A stretch of DNA of 64,000 nt from an uncultured Acidobacteriaceae bacterium (GCA_963849545.1 CAWKID010000003.1:298016-362015), one strand, 5' to 3'; positions 1-9,801 are shown, counted from the first letter of the stretch. The notes: a model not told the origin generated them from the sequence alone. Numbers and translations are program-made.

Positions 1-971
1 TCGCATTGCGCGATAGTGGTCGCCAGCCATGGCGCCATGTAGATGGAGTCAGTCACTTCTACCACGTTGTCATAGGCGGCGTTAAACTCGCTCCAGATCA
101 GCGGCATACTCGGCTGCGCTGATGTCTGGATCTCGTCGTGCACCTTCTTCACTGATCGGCAGACCATCTGATCGCGCGGAATGTTTTCGCTCGTTCCGAA
201 CACGTTGGCGGCCGTGTCATTGCCGTAAACGTGCGCGGAAACGAAATCCAGCGGCACATGCTTCTGCTCAGCATGTTTGATCATGTCCGGAATCCATGCG
301 GCTTGGGCCGTTGCGGGGCCACCAACGCGCAATCGTGAATTTACAGACTTCACGTCGCGTGCGGTGTGATCGTAGAGTTCGAAATAAGCTTTCTGACGCG
401 GCGCCCCGGCCCAGAAGTCGAGGTTGGGCTCGTTCCACACCTCGAAATACCAGCTTGCCACCTCCTCGATACCGTAACGGTCGACCAAATGCCTTACGAA
501 CCGCGTAATCATGTCGTCCCAGATTGCATAATCCTTCGGCGGCGAGACGTTGGGGTGATACCAGAACGATTGCAGGAATGTCGATCCCGCGAGCTTGTAG
601 GGCATGAAGCTGATCTCGACAAACGGCTTCACATGCGCAGCCAGCAGCCCATCGTAAATCTGATCGACATAAGAGAAGTTGTAGACCGGATTGCCGTGCT
701 TGTCCTCACCGTAGATTCCCACATCGTCATTCAGGATTCCGTGAAAGCGAATGTACTGAAAGCCGGTAATCTGGTGAACGGCACTCAGGTCCTGGCGATA
801 GGAATCCCGGAGACTGAGGATTGCTCGCCCCGAGCCGTACATTTTCTCCCAGAAATGGGGAAATGAATGCGCAGGCGCGTTCGCGTCGACGGTGATGCTT
901 TCCGTGGTTTGAGCAGCCGCCGAAATGGCGAACGTCAGCAGAGCGATCAGGGGCAGGATTCTTGTTCGCAT
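1..971 (-). CDS. glycoside hydrolase family 39-like enzyme (beta-xylosidase type), 3' end cut by window edge
   Basis: Reverse frame is open from the window edge to the ATG at 971-969. It is absent from the ORF track because it is truncated. My translation starts MRTRILPLIALLTFAISAAAQ (signal peptide) and contains HSFPHFWEKM and ASWYFEVWNEPN (clan GH-A NEP acid/base motif). The listed + ORF 366..866 is its antisense shadow. Confidence 0.75.
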   Translation of the reverse strand, partial: MRTRILPLIALLTFAISAAAQTTESITVDANAPAHSFPHFWEKMYGSGRAILSLRDSYRQDLSAVHQITGFQYIRFHGILNDDVGIYGEDKHGNPVYNFSYVDQIYDGLLAAHVKPFVEISFMPYKLAGSTFLQSFWYHPNVSPPKDYAIWDDMITRFVRHLVDRYGIEEVASWYFEVWNEPNLDFWAGAPRQKAYFELYDHTARDVKSVNSRLRVGGPATAQAAWIPDMIKHAEQKHVPLDFVSAHVYGNDTAANVFGTSENIPRDQMVCRSVKKVHDEIQTSAQPSMPLIWSEFNAAYDNVVEVTDSIYMAPWLATTIAQC

Positions 972-1144
972 GGTGATTCAACGAGAGTACAACGGTTGCC
1001 TCATAGGATGACGATCGGCATAAGCCAGTTTCCTGCAAACGGCGCCCGAAGTCGCAGTAATGTTCAAAAAATGCGGCCGCGAAAGCGCCGGATCACATCC
1101 GAAACCCTCAACATCCCGGCATAATCCAATCCGAGGGAGGACTC

Positions 1145-2107
1145 ATGGTGAAACATAGAACCATCGGCAGGACTGACCTGCAGGTGTCGGTGATTGGCCT
1201 GGGCTGCAACAACTTCGGTTTCGTCGCCGGCATGAATGTTGAAGCGTCGCGCAACGTCATCGACAAAGCAATCGATTCCGGCATCAACTTCTTTGATACC
1301 TCTGACAGTTATGGCACCTCGGAAGACATTCTCGGCGAAGTGCTTGGGAAGCGGCGCCAGAAGGTCATCCTGGCAACGAAGTTCGGCTCAAAGCAGAACG
1401 CGCTGGGTGAGAAGAGCGGCGCCTCGCGCGGCTACATCCTCGCCGAGGCCGAGGAGAGTCTGCGACGTCTGCGCACCGACTACATCGACCTCTACCAGAT
1501 TCACTATCCCGATCCTAAAACACCCATTGAGGAAACTCTGCGAGCGCTGGACGACCTGGTGAAGAGCGGCAAGGTGCGGCATGTTGGCTGTTCGAATTTC
1601 AATACTGCCCAGTTGCGCGAGGCGGAGAGCGCCGCAGCAAAGCATTCGATCAGGCGATTCGAATCCAGCCAGGACGAATATAGCCTGCTGGTGCGGGATC
1701 TCGAGCGTGAGCAACTACCGCTAATCGAAGAGCTCACAATGAGTGAGCTTCCCTACTTCCCTCTCGCCAGCGGCCTGCTAACGGGTAAATACAAAAAAGG
1801 TCAGGCGCCTCCCAAGGGCACGCGCCTGGGCGGGAAACAGCACTTGGCCGACCGCTATCACACAGAAGCAAATTTGGAAAAGGTTGAACGCCTGCGAACG
1901 CTCGCAGAGGAACGCGGCCACTCGTTGCTTGAGCTGGCATTCAGCTGGCTGCTTTCGCGCAAGGCCGTGGCCAGTGTGATCGCGGGCGCAACCAAGCCGG
2001 AACAGATTGAAGCTAACGTGAAAGCTGGCGACTGGTCGCTAAGTCCCGCGGAATTGGCAAAGATAGACGAGATCACTTCTGCCCCCAAGGTGCCGCTGGA
2101 AGTCTAG
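1145..2107 (+). CDS. aldo/keto reductase family oxidoreductase
   Basis: 320-aa ORF with typical AKR blocks (GLGCNNFG, FFDTSDSYG, ILATKFG, DLYQIHYPD, VRHVGCSNF). GGAGG lies 6 nt upstream of the ATG. Confidence 0.9.
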   Translation: MVKHRTIGRTDLQVSVIGLGCNNFGFVAGMNVEASRNVIDKAIDSGINFFDTSDSYGTSEDILGEVLGKRRQKVILATKFGSKQNALGEKSGASRGYILAEAEESLRRLRTDYIDLYQIHYPDPKTPIEETLRALDDLVKSGKVRHVGCSNFNTAQLREAESAAAKHSIRRFESSQDEYSLLVRDLEREQLPLIEELTMSELPYFPLASGLLTGKYKKGQAPPKGTRLGGKQHLADRYHTEANLEKVERLRTLAEERGHSLLELAFSWLLSRKAVASVIAGATKPEQIEANVKAGDWSLSPAELAKIDEITSAPKVPLEV

Positions 2108-2238
2108 TAGCGGACGCGGAGGTGGGATTTCATTCTTTGCTGTAACTGATCCGCAGAGGATCGCAGTCATGAAGCCCCGACATCACCGCTGGTGAGTGCC
2201 AGAGATAGTGCTGCGGAAAATATTTAGTCGCATAATCT

Positions 2239-2254
2239 TTGCAACATGTTGCAA
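2239..2254. promoter_or_regulatory. perfect 16-bp palindrome TTGCAACATGTTGCAA, candidate operator
   Basis: Seen directly in the 508-bp intergenic region upstream of the propeller/MCO genes. More GCAAC/GTTGC half-sites lie at about 2481-2506 (GCAAC-GA-GTTGC, GCGCAAC, TTGCAAC), 2521-2534 (CAAC-N5-GTTG) and about 2572. Confidence 0.3.
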
Positions 2255-2615
2255 GCTGTTACTTCCAACGTGCAAGCGTCCCCGTGCCGCCGAGGTCGAG
2301 GTTTTTCAGGCATCCGTCGGCTTCGCCGGTCGATGAAGCAAACCAACTCCTTCATTTCCTCGGCAAATTATTGCACTTTAGGCGAGGCCGGGAACAGATG
2401 TTCGTAAGCGCAATCCTCTTGAAAGTAACGAATTACACGCCGCCGATCTACTACGATCGCTAGTACCACTGCCAACACATGCAACGAGTTGCGCAACTTT
2501 GCAACTGATATCCAAATCCCCAACTTACTGTTGTGGTGCAGTGCTTGTCGCGGCATTGTTATACCGCTAGGATGCAACTCGCTTTTGTTTTTTCCCCGTA
2601 GAGGATTCAAACGAG

Positions 2616-3851
2616 ATGAGGTCTCACTTGAGATACGTTCTGGCAGCGCTGCTGTCGGCTTCATTAGTAACGGTCGCGCTGGCGGCAGAAAAGCCGGCCG
2701 GCTCCCCAGCTCCGGCTACCTACCTGCTCACCAACGACGACGGCACCGCACATAGTTACGTCAGCTTTTTCACTCCTGGTGGAACCGGGAACGCACCCAC
2801 ACTGAACTTTGGCTTCCAGATCAATAGTCTCGGCTTGGGGATTGCAGGCGGGTACTTTGGATTGCCGCGGCTTAATCTATCGCCCAGCGGCTCGACTCCG
2901 TGCGCTTACGCCTCGAACGGAGGTACCGGTGACATTGCCGGAATCAACGTCCAGACACACACCATTACCGGCAATTTCCTGGGATCGGATACGGATGCAG
3001 GCGATGCCAGCGGGATCGGTATCGTCGTAAACGATCACTACCTTTACGCCGGCTATAGCACCTCCAACACGATTGGAACGTTCGCTGTGCTTGCCGGCTG
3101 TCAACTTTCGTTTCTTGGCGACACACCGGCTGCCGGCTTGAACGGCGGCTCTGTCGCAGGTATGGCGCTGCACGGCGGCATGCTGGTGGTTGCCTACGCC
3201 GATGGCTCGATCGAGTCCTTTAATGTGTCTAATGGCCTGCCGGTATCGAATGGCGACGCGCAAAACTCGACTGCCTTCACACGCACTCCAATTTACTTCC
3301 CGGAAGGCGTTGACATTACATCCGACGGACACTTCGCCATCTTTGGCGACTCCGCGGTGAATGTCACCCTCGAGGTCTCGGATATCTCATCCGGACACCT
3401 CACGACTACGATTCCTTACACCCTGGGCGGCAGCACCAATGCAGTTGGCCCCTCAGTGCGTGCCAAGCTGTCCGGGATCAATTCCGCTTCGGTACGGCTC
3501 AGCCCCGACGAATCGCTGATCTTCATCAGCAACAATGAAGTGGGTTCAGTGTCGGCCGCGTTCTTCAATAGAACGACAGGCAGGGTTTCCGGAGGCTGCA
3601 GTTCGCCAAGCCTGGCCGGCTTTTACAACCCGTGGGCGTTTAGCGGCAGCATTGCGACCCGCGACAACAGCGGAACTGGCGGCGTACTGTATGTCGCCGA
3701 GTACAACACGGATGGGTCTTCGATTGGAGTACTGAACATTGCCAGCAACGGAACGCTGTGCGGGCTGACGGAGTCCTCCGCCTCGCAGGTGCCCGATCCG
3801 CTCAGTCCCGGGTTGCTGTCGATCGCGACCTACCCTCCGAGATCATTTTGA
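2616..3851 (+). CDS. secreted hypothetical protein, probable beta-propeller (YncE/lactonase-like repeat pattern); paralog of 5734..6975
   Basis: 411-aa ORF with signal peptide MRSHLRYVLAALLSASLVTVALAAE. Recurring strand-like blocks (YLYAGYSTSNTIGTF, VVAYADGSIESFNV, DITSDGHFAIFGD, VRLSPDESLIFISNN, GVLYVAEYN). Collinear similarity to the second copy; both end ..YPPRSF / ..FPPRPF. Confidence 0.7.
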   Translation: MRSHLRYVLAALLSASLVTVALAAEKPAGSPAPATYLLTNDDGTAHSYVSFFTPGGTGNAPTLNFGFQINSLGLGIAGGYFGLPRLNLSPSGSTPCAYASNGGTGDIAGINVQTHTITGNFLGSDTDAGDASGIGIVVNDHYLYAGYSTSNTIGTFAVLAGCQLSFLGDTPAAGLNGGSVAGMALHGGMLVVAYADGSIESFNVSNGLPVSNGDAQNSTAFTRTPIYFPEGVDITSDGHFAIFGDSAVNVTLEVSDISSGHLTTTIPYTLGGSTNAVGPSVRAKLSGINSASVRLSPDESLIFISNNEVGSVSAAFFNRTTGRVSGGCSSPSLAGFYNPWAFSGSIATRDNSGTGGVLYVAEYNTDGSSIGVLNIASNGTLCGLTESSASQVPDPLSPGLLSIATYPPRSF

Positions 3852-3955
3852 TGGCCGGCAGCGATTTGCGCCGGCCTTATTCTTTCGAGCAGCCGCGTCG
3901 AGAAGAGACAGCGGCAGAGAAAACAAGACAAAAGAAATCTGCCAGGGAGTCAGGA

Positions 3956-5557
3956 ATGCGCGCAATGCTTCGAGTTCTTTTGCTGGTGATGTTAAGCGGA
4001 ATTGCCCTAGTGAGTGCCTCGGCCCAGGCGCCGATCTGCCCGAGTCGACCGCAGCCGGGCGCGCCCATCACCAACCCAATCGATCTGTACAGTCAGAACG
4101 GCACTTTGACCGTGGACCTGACGCTGCAGAATGCAGTCGATGGCAACCAGTTCATGCACTACTGCTACGTCTACATGTATCAGGGACAGCAGATCGAGGC
4201 GCCGACGTTGCGGCTTAACCCCGGCGACACTCTGGTGATGAACCTGACGAACAACCTGCAAGCGCCCTTCGGTCCGGCTAAGGCCAAACCGATGCACATG
4301 CACAAAATGTCCGGCGCTCCAGCCGACGATTGCAATGGAAATGAGGTTCTACCCTCGTCGACAAATATGCACTTTCACGGTTTGAACGTGCCCCCGGTCT
4401 GCCATCAGGACGACGTGATCAATACCGTCATTGAATCCGGCGATCCTACCTTCAAGTACACCATCCAGATTCCGGCGAACGAGCCTCCGGGACTTTACTG
4501 GTACCACCCGCACATGCACGGCTTCACCACGCAACAGGTAAACGGAGGCGCGTCCGGCGCGCTGATTGTAGAGGGTAACAATCCACTGACTCAGGGGCTG
4601 AATGAACGGATCTTGATCTTCCGCGAGCAGACGAAGAACGGCGCTCCCGCGAACGATCCGGATGCGAACACCCAGATGACGATGAATTTCCAGCCTGCGG
4701 TTTACCCCGAGGGAGGACTGGCTGGGACGGTGACCATGCAGCCGGGAGCGCGCGAGTACTGGCGCTTCCTCAATGCCTCTTCAAAACAGTTCGCTTCCCT
4801 GCAGCTTACGTATGGTTCGACTGTGCAGCAACTGGAAGTGGTCGCCATTGACGGCGTGCAACTCGCAACCCCGCTCTTCACCGATACCTTGAATATTCCT
4901 CCGGCAGGCCGCATGGAGTTCATCGCTCCAGCTTTGCCCGCCGGTCAAACGGGAACCTTCGTGACTAACGGGTACGACACAGGAGTTGTCGGCGATGTGA
5001 ATGGCGAGCAACTGCTCTTTAAGGTGAATACCGGCACGCTGCAACAACATCAGCTGCAGATCGCCCAGCGGCCGGCGAAGCCGCCGACACAGCCAGTACG
5101 ATTCTCCAATTTGGCATCGTTGGCGCCGACCACCTCACGATCGCTGTACTTCTCGGAACAGAATGTGGGCACGAACGGCGGAACGCAGTTCTACGTTACC
5201 CTCGCCGGACAGACGCCCAAGGTGTTCCACATGGATGATCCTCCCTCGATTGTGACCAACACCGGCGCGGTAGAGGATTGGACCATTTCCAACCACTCCG
5301 GCGAGGTACACGCCTTCCACATTCACCAGATTCATTTCCTGGTGGAGGCCATTAACGGCGTGCCGGTGACCAATCCTGAGATCCAGGACACGGTGATCAT
5401 TCCTAACTGGACGGGTACGGGCCCATATCCCAGCGTGACGGTGCGCATGGATTTCCGGGATCCCAACATTGCGGGAACGTTCGTCTATCACTGCCACATT
5501 CTCGATCATGAGGACGGTGGCATGATGGCGAAGATTCAAGTGAATCCCGCAAACTGA
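3956..5557 (+). CDS. three-domain multicopper oxidase (laccase-like), secreted
   Basis: All four Cu-binding motifs are present: HFHGLNV, WYHPHMHG, HAFHIHQIHF, HCHILDHEDGGMM. I prefer the ATG at 3956 (MRAMLRVLLLVMLSGIALVSASAQA signal peptide, GGGAG upstream) over the ORF-track start 3758, which overlaps the upstream gene. Confidence 0.9.
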   Translation: MRAMLRVLLLVMLSGIALVSASAQAPICPSRPQPGAPITNPIDLYSQNGTLTVDLTLQNAVDGNQFMHYCYVYMYQGQQIEAPTLRLNPGDTLVMNLTNNLQAPFGPAKAKPMHMHKMSGAPADDCNGNEVLPSSTNMHFHGLNVPPVCHQDDVINTVIESGDPTFKYTIQIPANEPPGLYWYHPHMHGFTTQQVNGGASGALIVEGNNPLTQGLNERILIFREQTKNGAPANDPDANTQMTMNFQPAVYPEGGLAGTVTMQPGAREYWRFLNASSKQFASLQLTYGSTVQQLEVVAIDGVQLATPLFTDTLNIPPAGRMEFIAPALPAGQTGTFVTNGYDTGVVGDVNGEQLLFKVNTGTLQQHQLQIAQRPAKPPTQPVRFSNLASLAPTTSRSLYFSEQNVGTNGGTQFYVTLAGQTPKVFHMDDPPSIVTNTGAVEDWTISNHSGEVHAFHIHQIHFLVEAINGVPVTNPEIQDTVIIPNWTGTGPYPSVTVRMDFRDPNIAGTFVYHCHILDHEDGGMMAKIQVNPAN

Positions 5558-5590
5558 CCTTGATCGTGTGACGCAGCATGATCAGGGCCT

Positions 5591-5625
5591 CAGCCGCCGA
5601 GATGGCAGACTCGGCGGCTGTTTTC
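5591..5625 (+). terminator. rho-independent terminator after first MCO
   Basis: Perfect 11-bp stem CAGCCGCCGAG / CTCGGCGGCTG with an 8-nt loop, followed by TTTT. Confidence 0.65.
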
Positions 5626-5733
5626 GCATCCTCGTTTCAACGGCGATAATAGTAGCCCTTGCGACACAATAGTTTTTCCGGCATGATTCGGACTCTGCCC
5701 GGTCCGCACTCGGCCAATATCTGGAGAGGCCCA

Positions 5734-6975
5734 ATGCGTCTGCGATATTTCCTTCTCATCGGCCTGTTGGGGGCTGTCGGCCCCGCATGTCTGGCCGGCG
5801 ATCGAACCCAGGCTTCCACGCCGTCCCCGGCAACGCCGACGTACTTGATAACCAACGACGATCCCGTCGCGATTTATGGCGACAATAGTGTCAGCTTCTT
5901 CCAGGCGGGTGGCTCGCCATCCGCACCAACCTTGACATTTCAGAGCACGGCAACCGTCGGCGCCGCCGGTGCGGGCGGCGGAAACTTCGGAGCGCCGCGG
6001 ATCATTTCCCTGCCGGACGCGAACACCCAATGCCTGTACGCCACCAACGGCGGCACGGGCGAAATCGTGTCGCTGAACGTTTCCTCGCAAATGCTGACGG
6101 GCACGTTCAATGGTTCTGCCGACGACCAGGGAATGTCGAACGGTATCGGCCTGGCCCTCAATTCGAACTACCTGTACGCGAGCTTCACCGACTCCAACAC
6201 CATCGGCACATTCCAGATATTGCCGGGATGCCAGCTCGCTTTCGTGGGTGACACCACGGTTGGAGGCTTGAATGGCGGTGGCCTGTACGCCATCGCCGCG
6301 AACGCCAATATCCTCATTGCGACCTACGGAGATGGATCCATCCAGTCGTTCAATATTGCCGCGGGAATGCCGGTCTCCAACGACGATGAGCAGGACTCGA
6401 CCGGCTTCACGCTGGACAACAACAATCTGCCCACTGGAATCGATATTTCCGCGGACGGGCGGTACGCGATCTTCGGCGATGGCGCAATCCAGACCCTGGT
6501 AGAGGTATCGGACATCTCATCCGGCAAGCTGACGCCTACCCGGGTTTACAACTTGGGTGTCGGTCCAAATCCGATAAAGCCGGCGGCGCAGATGCCGGGA
6601 ACGAGTTCTTCGAATGTCAGGCTAAGTCCCGACGAGAGCCTGCTGTACATTTCCAACAATCAAAGCGGAACGGTGACGGCCGCACTGTTTAATGCTTCTG
6701 CCGGAACCGTTGCCCCCGGATGTACTTCGCCGCGGCTAAATAATTTCTACGCGCCCTGGTTTTATCTTGGCTCACTCGTCACCGAAGGCACCACGGGCAC
6801 TGGCGGCGTGCTTTATGTGGGCGAGTTTGGTGTGCCGTCATCAATCGCGGTTTTGAAAGTCCAGACGAGCGGCCGGACTTGCATTCTGACGGAAGCGGCA
6901 GGTTCTCCAGTAATCGATCCTGTCGTAGGCGTACAGCTGCTCTCCATCTGGGCCTTTCCGCCACGTCCGTTCTGA
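5734..6975 (+). CDS. secreted propeller-like hypothetical protein, paralog of 2616..3851
   Basis: Start chosen at MRLRYFLLIGLLGAVGPACLAG (GGAGAG upstream). Block order matches copy 1 (ITNDD, YLYASFTDSNTIGTF, IATYGDGSIQSFNI, DISADGRYAIFGD, VRLSPDESLLYISNN, GVLYVGEF). Confidence 0.7.
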   Translation: MRLRYFLLIGLLGAVGPACLAGDRTQASTPSPATPTYLITNDDPVAIYGDNSVSFFQAGGSPSAPTLTFQSTATVGAAGAGGGNFGAPRIISLPDANTQCLYATNGGTGEIVSLNVSSQMLTGTFNGSADDQGMSNGIGLALNSNYLYASFTDSNTIGTFQILPGCQLAFVGDTTVGGLNGGGLYAIAANANILIATYGDGSIQSFNIAAGMPVSNDDEQDSTGFTLDNNNLPTGIDISADGRYAIFGDGAIQTLVEVSDISSGKLTPTRVYNLGVGPNPIKPAAQMPGTSSSNVRLSPDESLLYISNNQSGTVTAALFNASAGTVAPGCTSPRLNNFYAPWFYLGSLVTEGTTGTGGVLYVGEFGVPSSIAVLKVQTSGRTCILTEAAGSPVIDPVVGVQLLSIWAFPPRPF

Positions 6976-7055
6976 GTTGAATGCTGACATTGATATGAAC
7001 CATTCGACGGTTCTTGCACGTTACAGTTTTTAGATCGGAGCTTCCGAGGTTGAAA

Positions 7056-8702
7056 ATGCGCAAACTATCATCCTTACTGCGTGTAGCACTATTCCTGGGC
7101 CTGTGTGGTTGTCCCCTGGCGGCGGCGTTCGCCGGAGTTCCGGTATGCCCTCCGCGGCCGCAATCGGGCACCCTGGTTACGAATCCTCCCGATCTCTACA
7201 GCCAGAATGGCGTGCTGAGCCTCGATTTAACACTACAGAATGCGCTCGATAGCGACGGCTTCATGCACTATTGCTACGTCTATTTGAATCAGGGCCAGCA
7301 AGTAGAAGCGCCCACACTTCGCTTGAATCCCGGCGACCAGTTGATCCTGAATCTCACCGACAACATTCAGGCGCCCTATAGCTATCTTCCCAAGACCTTC
7401 AAGCCGAATCTAAAGAATCTGCATAGCAGTGGAATGCACATGGAGGGGCATCATAAGGCCGGCTCTTCTGACGATCCCTGCAACGGCGGCGAGATGCTGC
7501 CGTCCTCCACCAATCTGCATTTTCACGGGTTGAACATAGCGCCGGTTTGCCACCAGGACGAAACCATCAAGACATTGATTCAATCGGGCGATCCGGCCTT
7601 CCAGTACAGCATTCAAATTCCGGCTAACGATCCCCCCGGACTCTACTGGTATCACCCGCATCCGCACGGGTTCACCTTCTTTCAGGTGAACGGCGGGGCC
7701 TCCGGAGCGATCGTCATCGAAGGCAGTAATCCACTGACTGACGGGCTGACGGAACATATGATTGTCATCCGGCAGGAATTTGGGGTAGCCACCAGCGGCG
7801 ACCCGGACGACGGGCCGAATCGTTTAACGGTAAATTTCCAGGCCGTGCTTCCTGGCTTGCAACTGCCCTACCTTTACGCGCAGACGGGAAAGAAGGAATT
7901 CTGGCGCGTCTTGAATGCCGCCAGTGCGGCCATCCTGAATCTTCAGGTGCAATACGCGGGAGTTGTGCAGCCGTTGCAGGTGATCTCGCTCGACGGCATC
8001 CCGCTGACCACGCCGACGAACTACACCACTATTAATCTGCCGCCGGCTGGACGGGCTGAATTCATCGTGCCGCCCCTCCCTGCTGGCCAGCAAGGCGTCC
8101 TGGCGACCACTGGCTATGACAGCGGCCCAATTGGAGATCTGAATCCACCTACCGCCCTGATGACAGTGAAGCCATCAACTACCGGCATGAAAACCACGCC
8201 CATGAAGGGCCGGCCGGAAGTGACGACGCCAATCGGAACCAAGCGCTTCGCCGGCCTGAGACTCCAGAGTCCGACGGCGACTCGGTCCCTGTATTTCTCA
8301 GAGCAGACCATCTCGTCGGCTGGACCGTTAAACCTTTTCATCACCGTATCGGGCCAGAAGCCGCATGCCTTCCAAATGAGCGATCCGCCGGCTATCACAA
8401 CGAATGTAGGGGCCGTCGAGGATTGGACCATCGAAAATCGTACCGGCGAAGCGCACGTGTTTCACATTCACCAGTTGCACTTCCTGGTGATGGCGATCAA
8501 TGGAGTTCCGGTGCCGAATCCGGACCTCATCGACACGATGTCCATTCCTCCGTGGAGCGGCAGCGGTCCTTATCCGAACGTGACGCTTCGTCTGGATTTC
8601 CGCGATCCCAATATTGCGGGCACCTTCGTCTATCACTGCCACATCCTCGATCACGAAGACGGCGGCATGATGGCGAAGATCCAGGTCAACCCCGCCAACT
8701 AA
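7056..8702 (+). CDS. three-domain multicopper oxidase, paralog of 3956..5557
   Basis: Motifs HFHGLNI, WYHPHPHG, HVFHIHQLHF, HCHILDHEDGGMM. The last 35 aa (DFRDPNIAGTFVYHCHILDHEDGGMMAKIQVNPAN) are identical to copy 1. Start at MRKLSSLLRVALFLGLCGCPLAAA. Confidence 0.9.
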   Translation: MRKLSSLLRVALFLGLCGCPLAAAFAGVPVCPPRPQSGTLVTNPPDLYSQNGVLSLDLTLQNALDSDGFMHYCYVYLNQGQQVEAPTLRLNPGDQLILNLTDNIQAPYSYLPKTFKPNLKNLHSSGMHMEGHHKAGSSDDPCNGGEMLPSSTNLHFHGLNIAPVCHQDETIKTLIQSGDPAFQYSIQIPANDPPGLYWYHPHPHGFTFFQVNGGASGAIVIEGSNPLTDGLTEHMIVIRQEFGVATSGDPDDGPNRLTVNFQAVLPGLQLPYLYAQTGKKEFWRVLNAASAAILNLQVQYAGVVQPLQVISLDGIPLTTPTNYTTINLPPAGRAEFIVPPLPAGQQGVLATTGYDSGPIGDLNPPTALMTVKPSTTGMKTTPMKGRPEVTTPIGTKRFAGLRLQSPTATRSLYFSEQTISSAGPLNLFITVSGQKPHAFQMSDPPAITTNVGAVEDWTIENRTGEAHVFHIHQLHFLVMAINGVPVPNPDLIDTMSIPPWSGSGPYPNVTLRLDFRDPNIAGTFVYHCHILDHEDGGMMAKIQVNPAN

Positions 8703-8735
8703 GCTTGGTCGTGCGCAATGCGCGATCACGGTGAG

Positions 8736-8768
8736 GCCGCTGAGTCGAGGGGGGCTCAGCGGCTTTTT
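8736..8768 (+). terminator. rho-independent terminator after second MCO
   Basis: 9-bp stem GCCGCTGAG / CTCAGCGGC followed by TTTTT. Confidence 0.7.
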
Positions 8769-8931
8769 ACACCCAATGCCATCGGTTGTAATGCGCCAGC
8801 CATGCCCGCAATCTCGCGAGTTGGCAGCGGCGGTAGCCGCCGCGACCGCAGTCGACAAGCTCCTCTTAGGACGCGCTCCCTCTTAGATAAGGATCAGGGC
8901 TGATTTGCCTCGCGTGTATAATTTTGTCAGC

Positions 8932-9008
8932 GCGCCCGTAGCTCAGCTGGATAGAGCGAACGCCTCCGGAGCGTTAGGTCGGGAGTTCGAATCTCTCCGG
9001 GCGCGCCA
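8932..9008 (+). tRNA. tRNA-Arg (anticodon CCG), CCA encoded
   Basis: Manual cloverleaf. Acceptor GCGCCCG/CGGGCGC. D arm GCTC-AGCTGGATA-GAGC. Anticodon arm AACGC-CTCCGGA-GCGTT (CCG at positions 34-36). T arm GGGAG-TTCGAAT-CTCTC. Discriminator G + CCA. Confidence 0.95.
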
Positions 9009-9102
9009 GATTCCCTTCTTCGCAGCACGAGGCTTTCTCCCATCCCTACTCCAAACGCTTCCTCGCTTTCCATTATTGCGTGCAAATACCGGAGCCGAAC
9101 TA

Positions 9103-9447
9103 TCAGGCCGTCTTTCGTACAGGCAGCTTTCGCGGAGGTTGGAAATGATAATCATCGATGACGATACCGACATCCTGGCCGTCGTTATTCTCACCCGGTA
9201 AACACCGCACTACACGCCCCTGGCAGTTCACTTTTACAAAGGTCTCAATTCCGAAGGCGTCGCCGGGCAGTTCAATCGTGAAATGTATGGACGAACCGGT
9301 TACGATTGGACAGTCGGTGTGAACCAGTACACCATTGGCCGAAATATCAAGTGTCTCGCCCCGATATTTTTTGCTGCCTAGCCTTAATGTCACTGAACGT
9401 CGTAAAGCGTACCGTGTGGAGTTCCGTAGATCGCGGCTGGGGTTCAT
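9103..9447 (-). CDS. PilZ domain protein (c-di-GMP-binding type)
   Basis: 114 aa with the PilZ signature pair RYALRR ... DISANG (RxxxR ... D/NxSxxG). Confidence 0.8.
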   Translation of the reverse strand: MNPSRDLRNSTRYALRRSVTLRLGSKKYRGETLDISANGVLVHTDCPIVTGSSIHFTIELPGDAFGIETFVKVNCQGRVVRCLPGENNDGQDVGIVIDDYHFQPPRKLPVRKTA

Positions 9448-9785
9448 CTGGTGGGGGCCTTTTATCGCGCCATCCGACGGTCAGTTATCGTCAGAGGTCG
9501 TCCGCCCTCCCTTCCAAGATGCTGGAGTGTAAATCGCGGATGGCTCTCGATCTGATATGACAAAGGTGTGTTAAGAATGGCAGCCTTCCGATGCGAACAA
9601 ATTAGCTCGGCTAATCTCTTACTGTTCCCAACTTGGAAAACCTCCAACTCGAAAATCCCGGGACATGGAGCATCAGAACCCTTCATTAAGACCCTCGAAC
9701 GATAGTCCCAGATTTATTTTCAATTAGTTAGAAATAGCCCGATCTTCTCCAGCGCAAACGTGGTGTCCTACATTGTGTCCCTCCG

Positions 9786-9801
9786 TGGTCTTGTGCTTGC
9801 A
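9786..9801 (+). promoter_or_regulatory. possible sigma-54 (-24/-12) promoter upstream of flp
   Basis: TGGTCT-TGTGC-TTGCA fits TGGCAC-N5-TTGCA with correct GG/GC spacing, about 88 nt upstream of the flp ATG. Single match, no enhancer sites identified. Confidence 0.3.

Noticed and set aside
366-866. 166-aa + strand ORF at the left edge
   Set aside because: It is antisense to the GH39-like gene. The GH39-like gene has a signal peptide, a start codon at 971-969 and the WNEPN motif; the + ORF has no recognisable features.
2534-2548. Sigma-54-like TGGTGC-N5-TTGT upstream of the first propeller gene
   Set aside because: The -12 element lacks the conserved GC (TTGT instead of TTGC). Treated as a chance match.
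3758-3955. ORF-track start 3758 for the first multicopper oxidase
   Set aside because: It would overlap the upstream gene by 94 nt and add a charged, non-signal N-terminus. The ATG at 3956 gives a canonical signal peptide and has a GGGAG ribosome-binding site.
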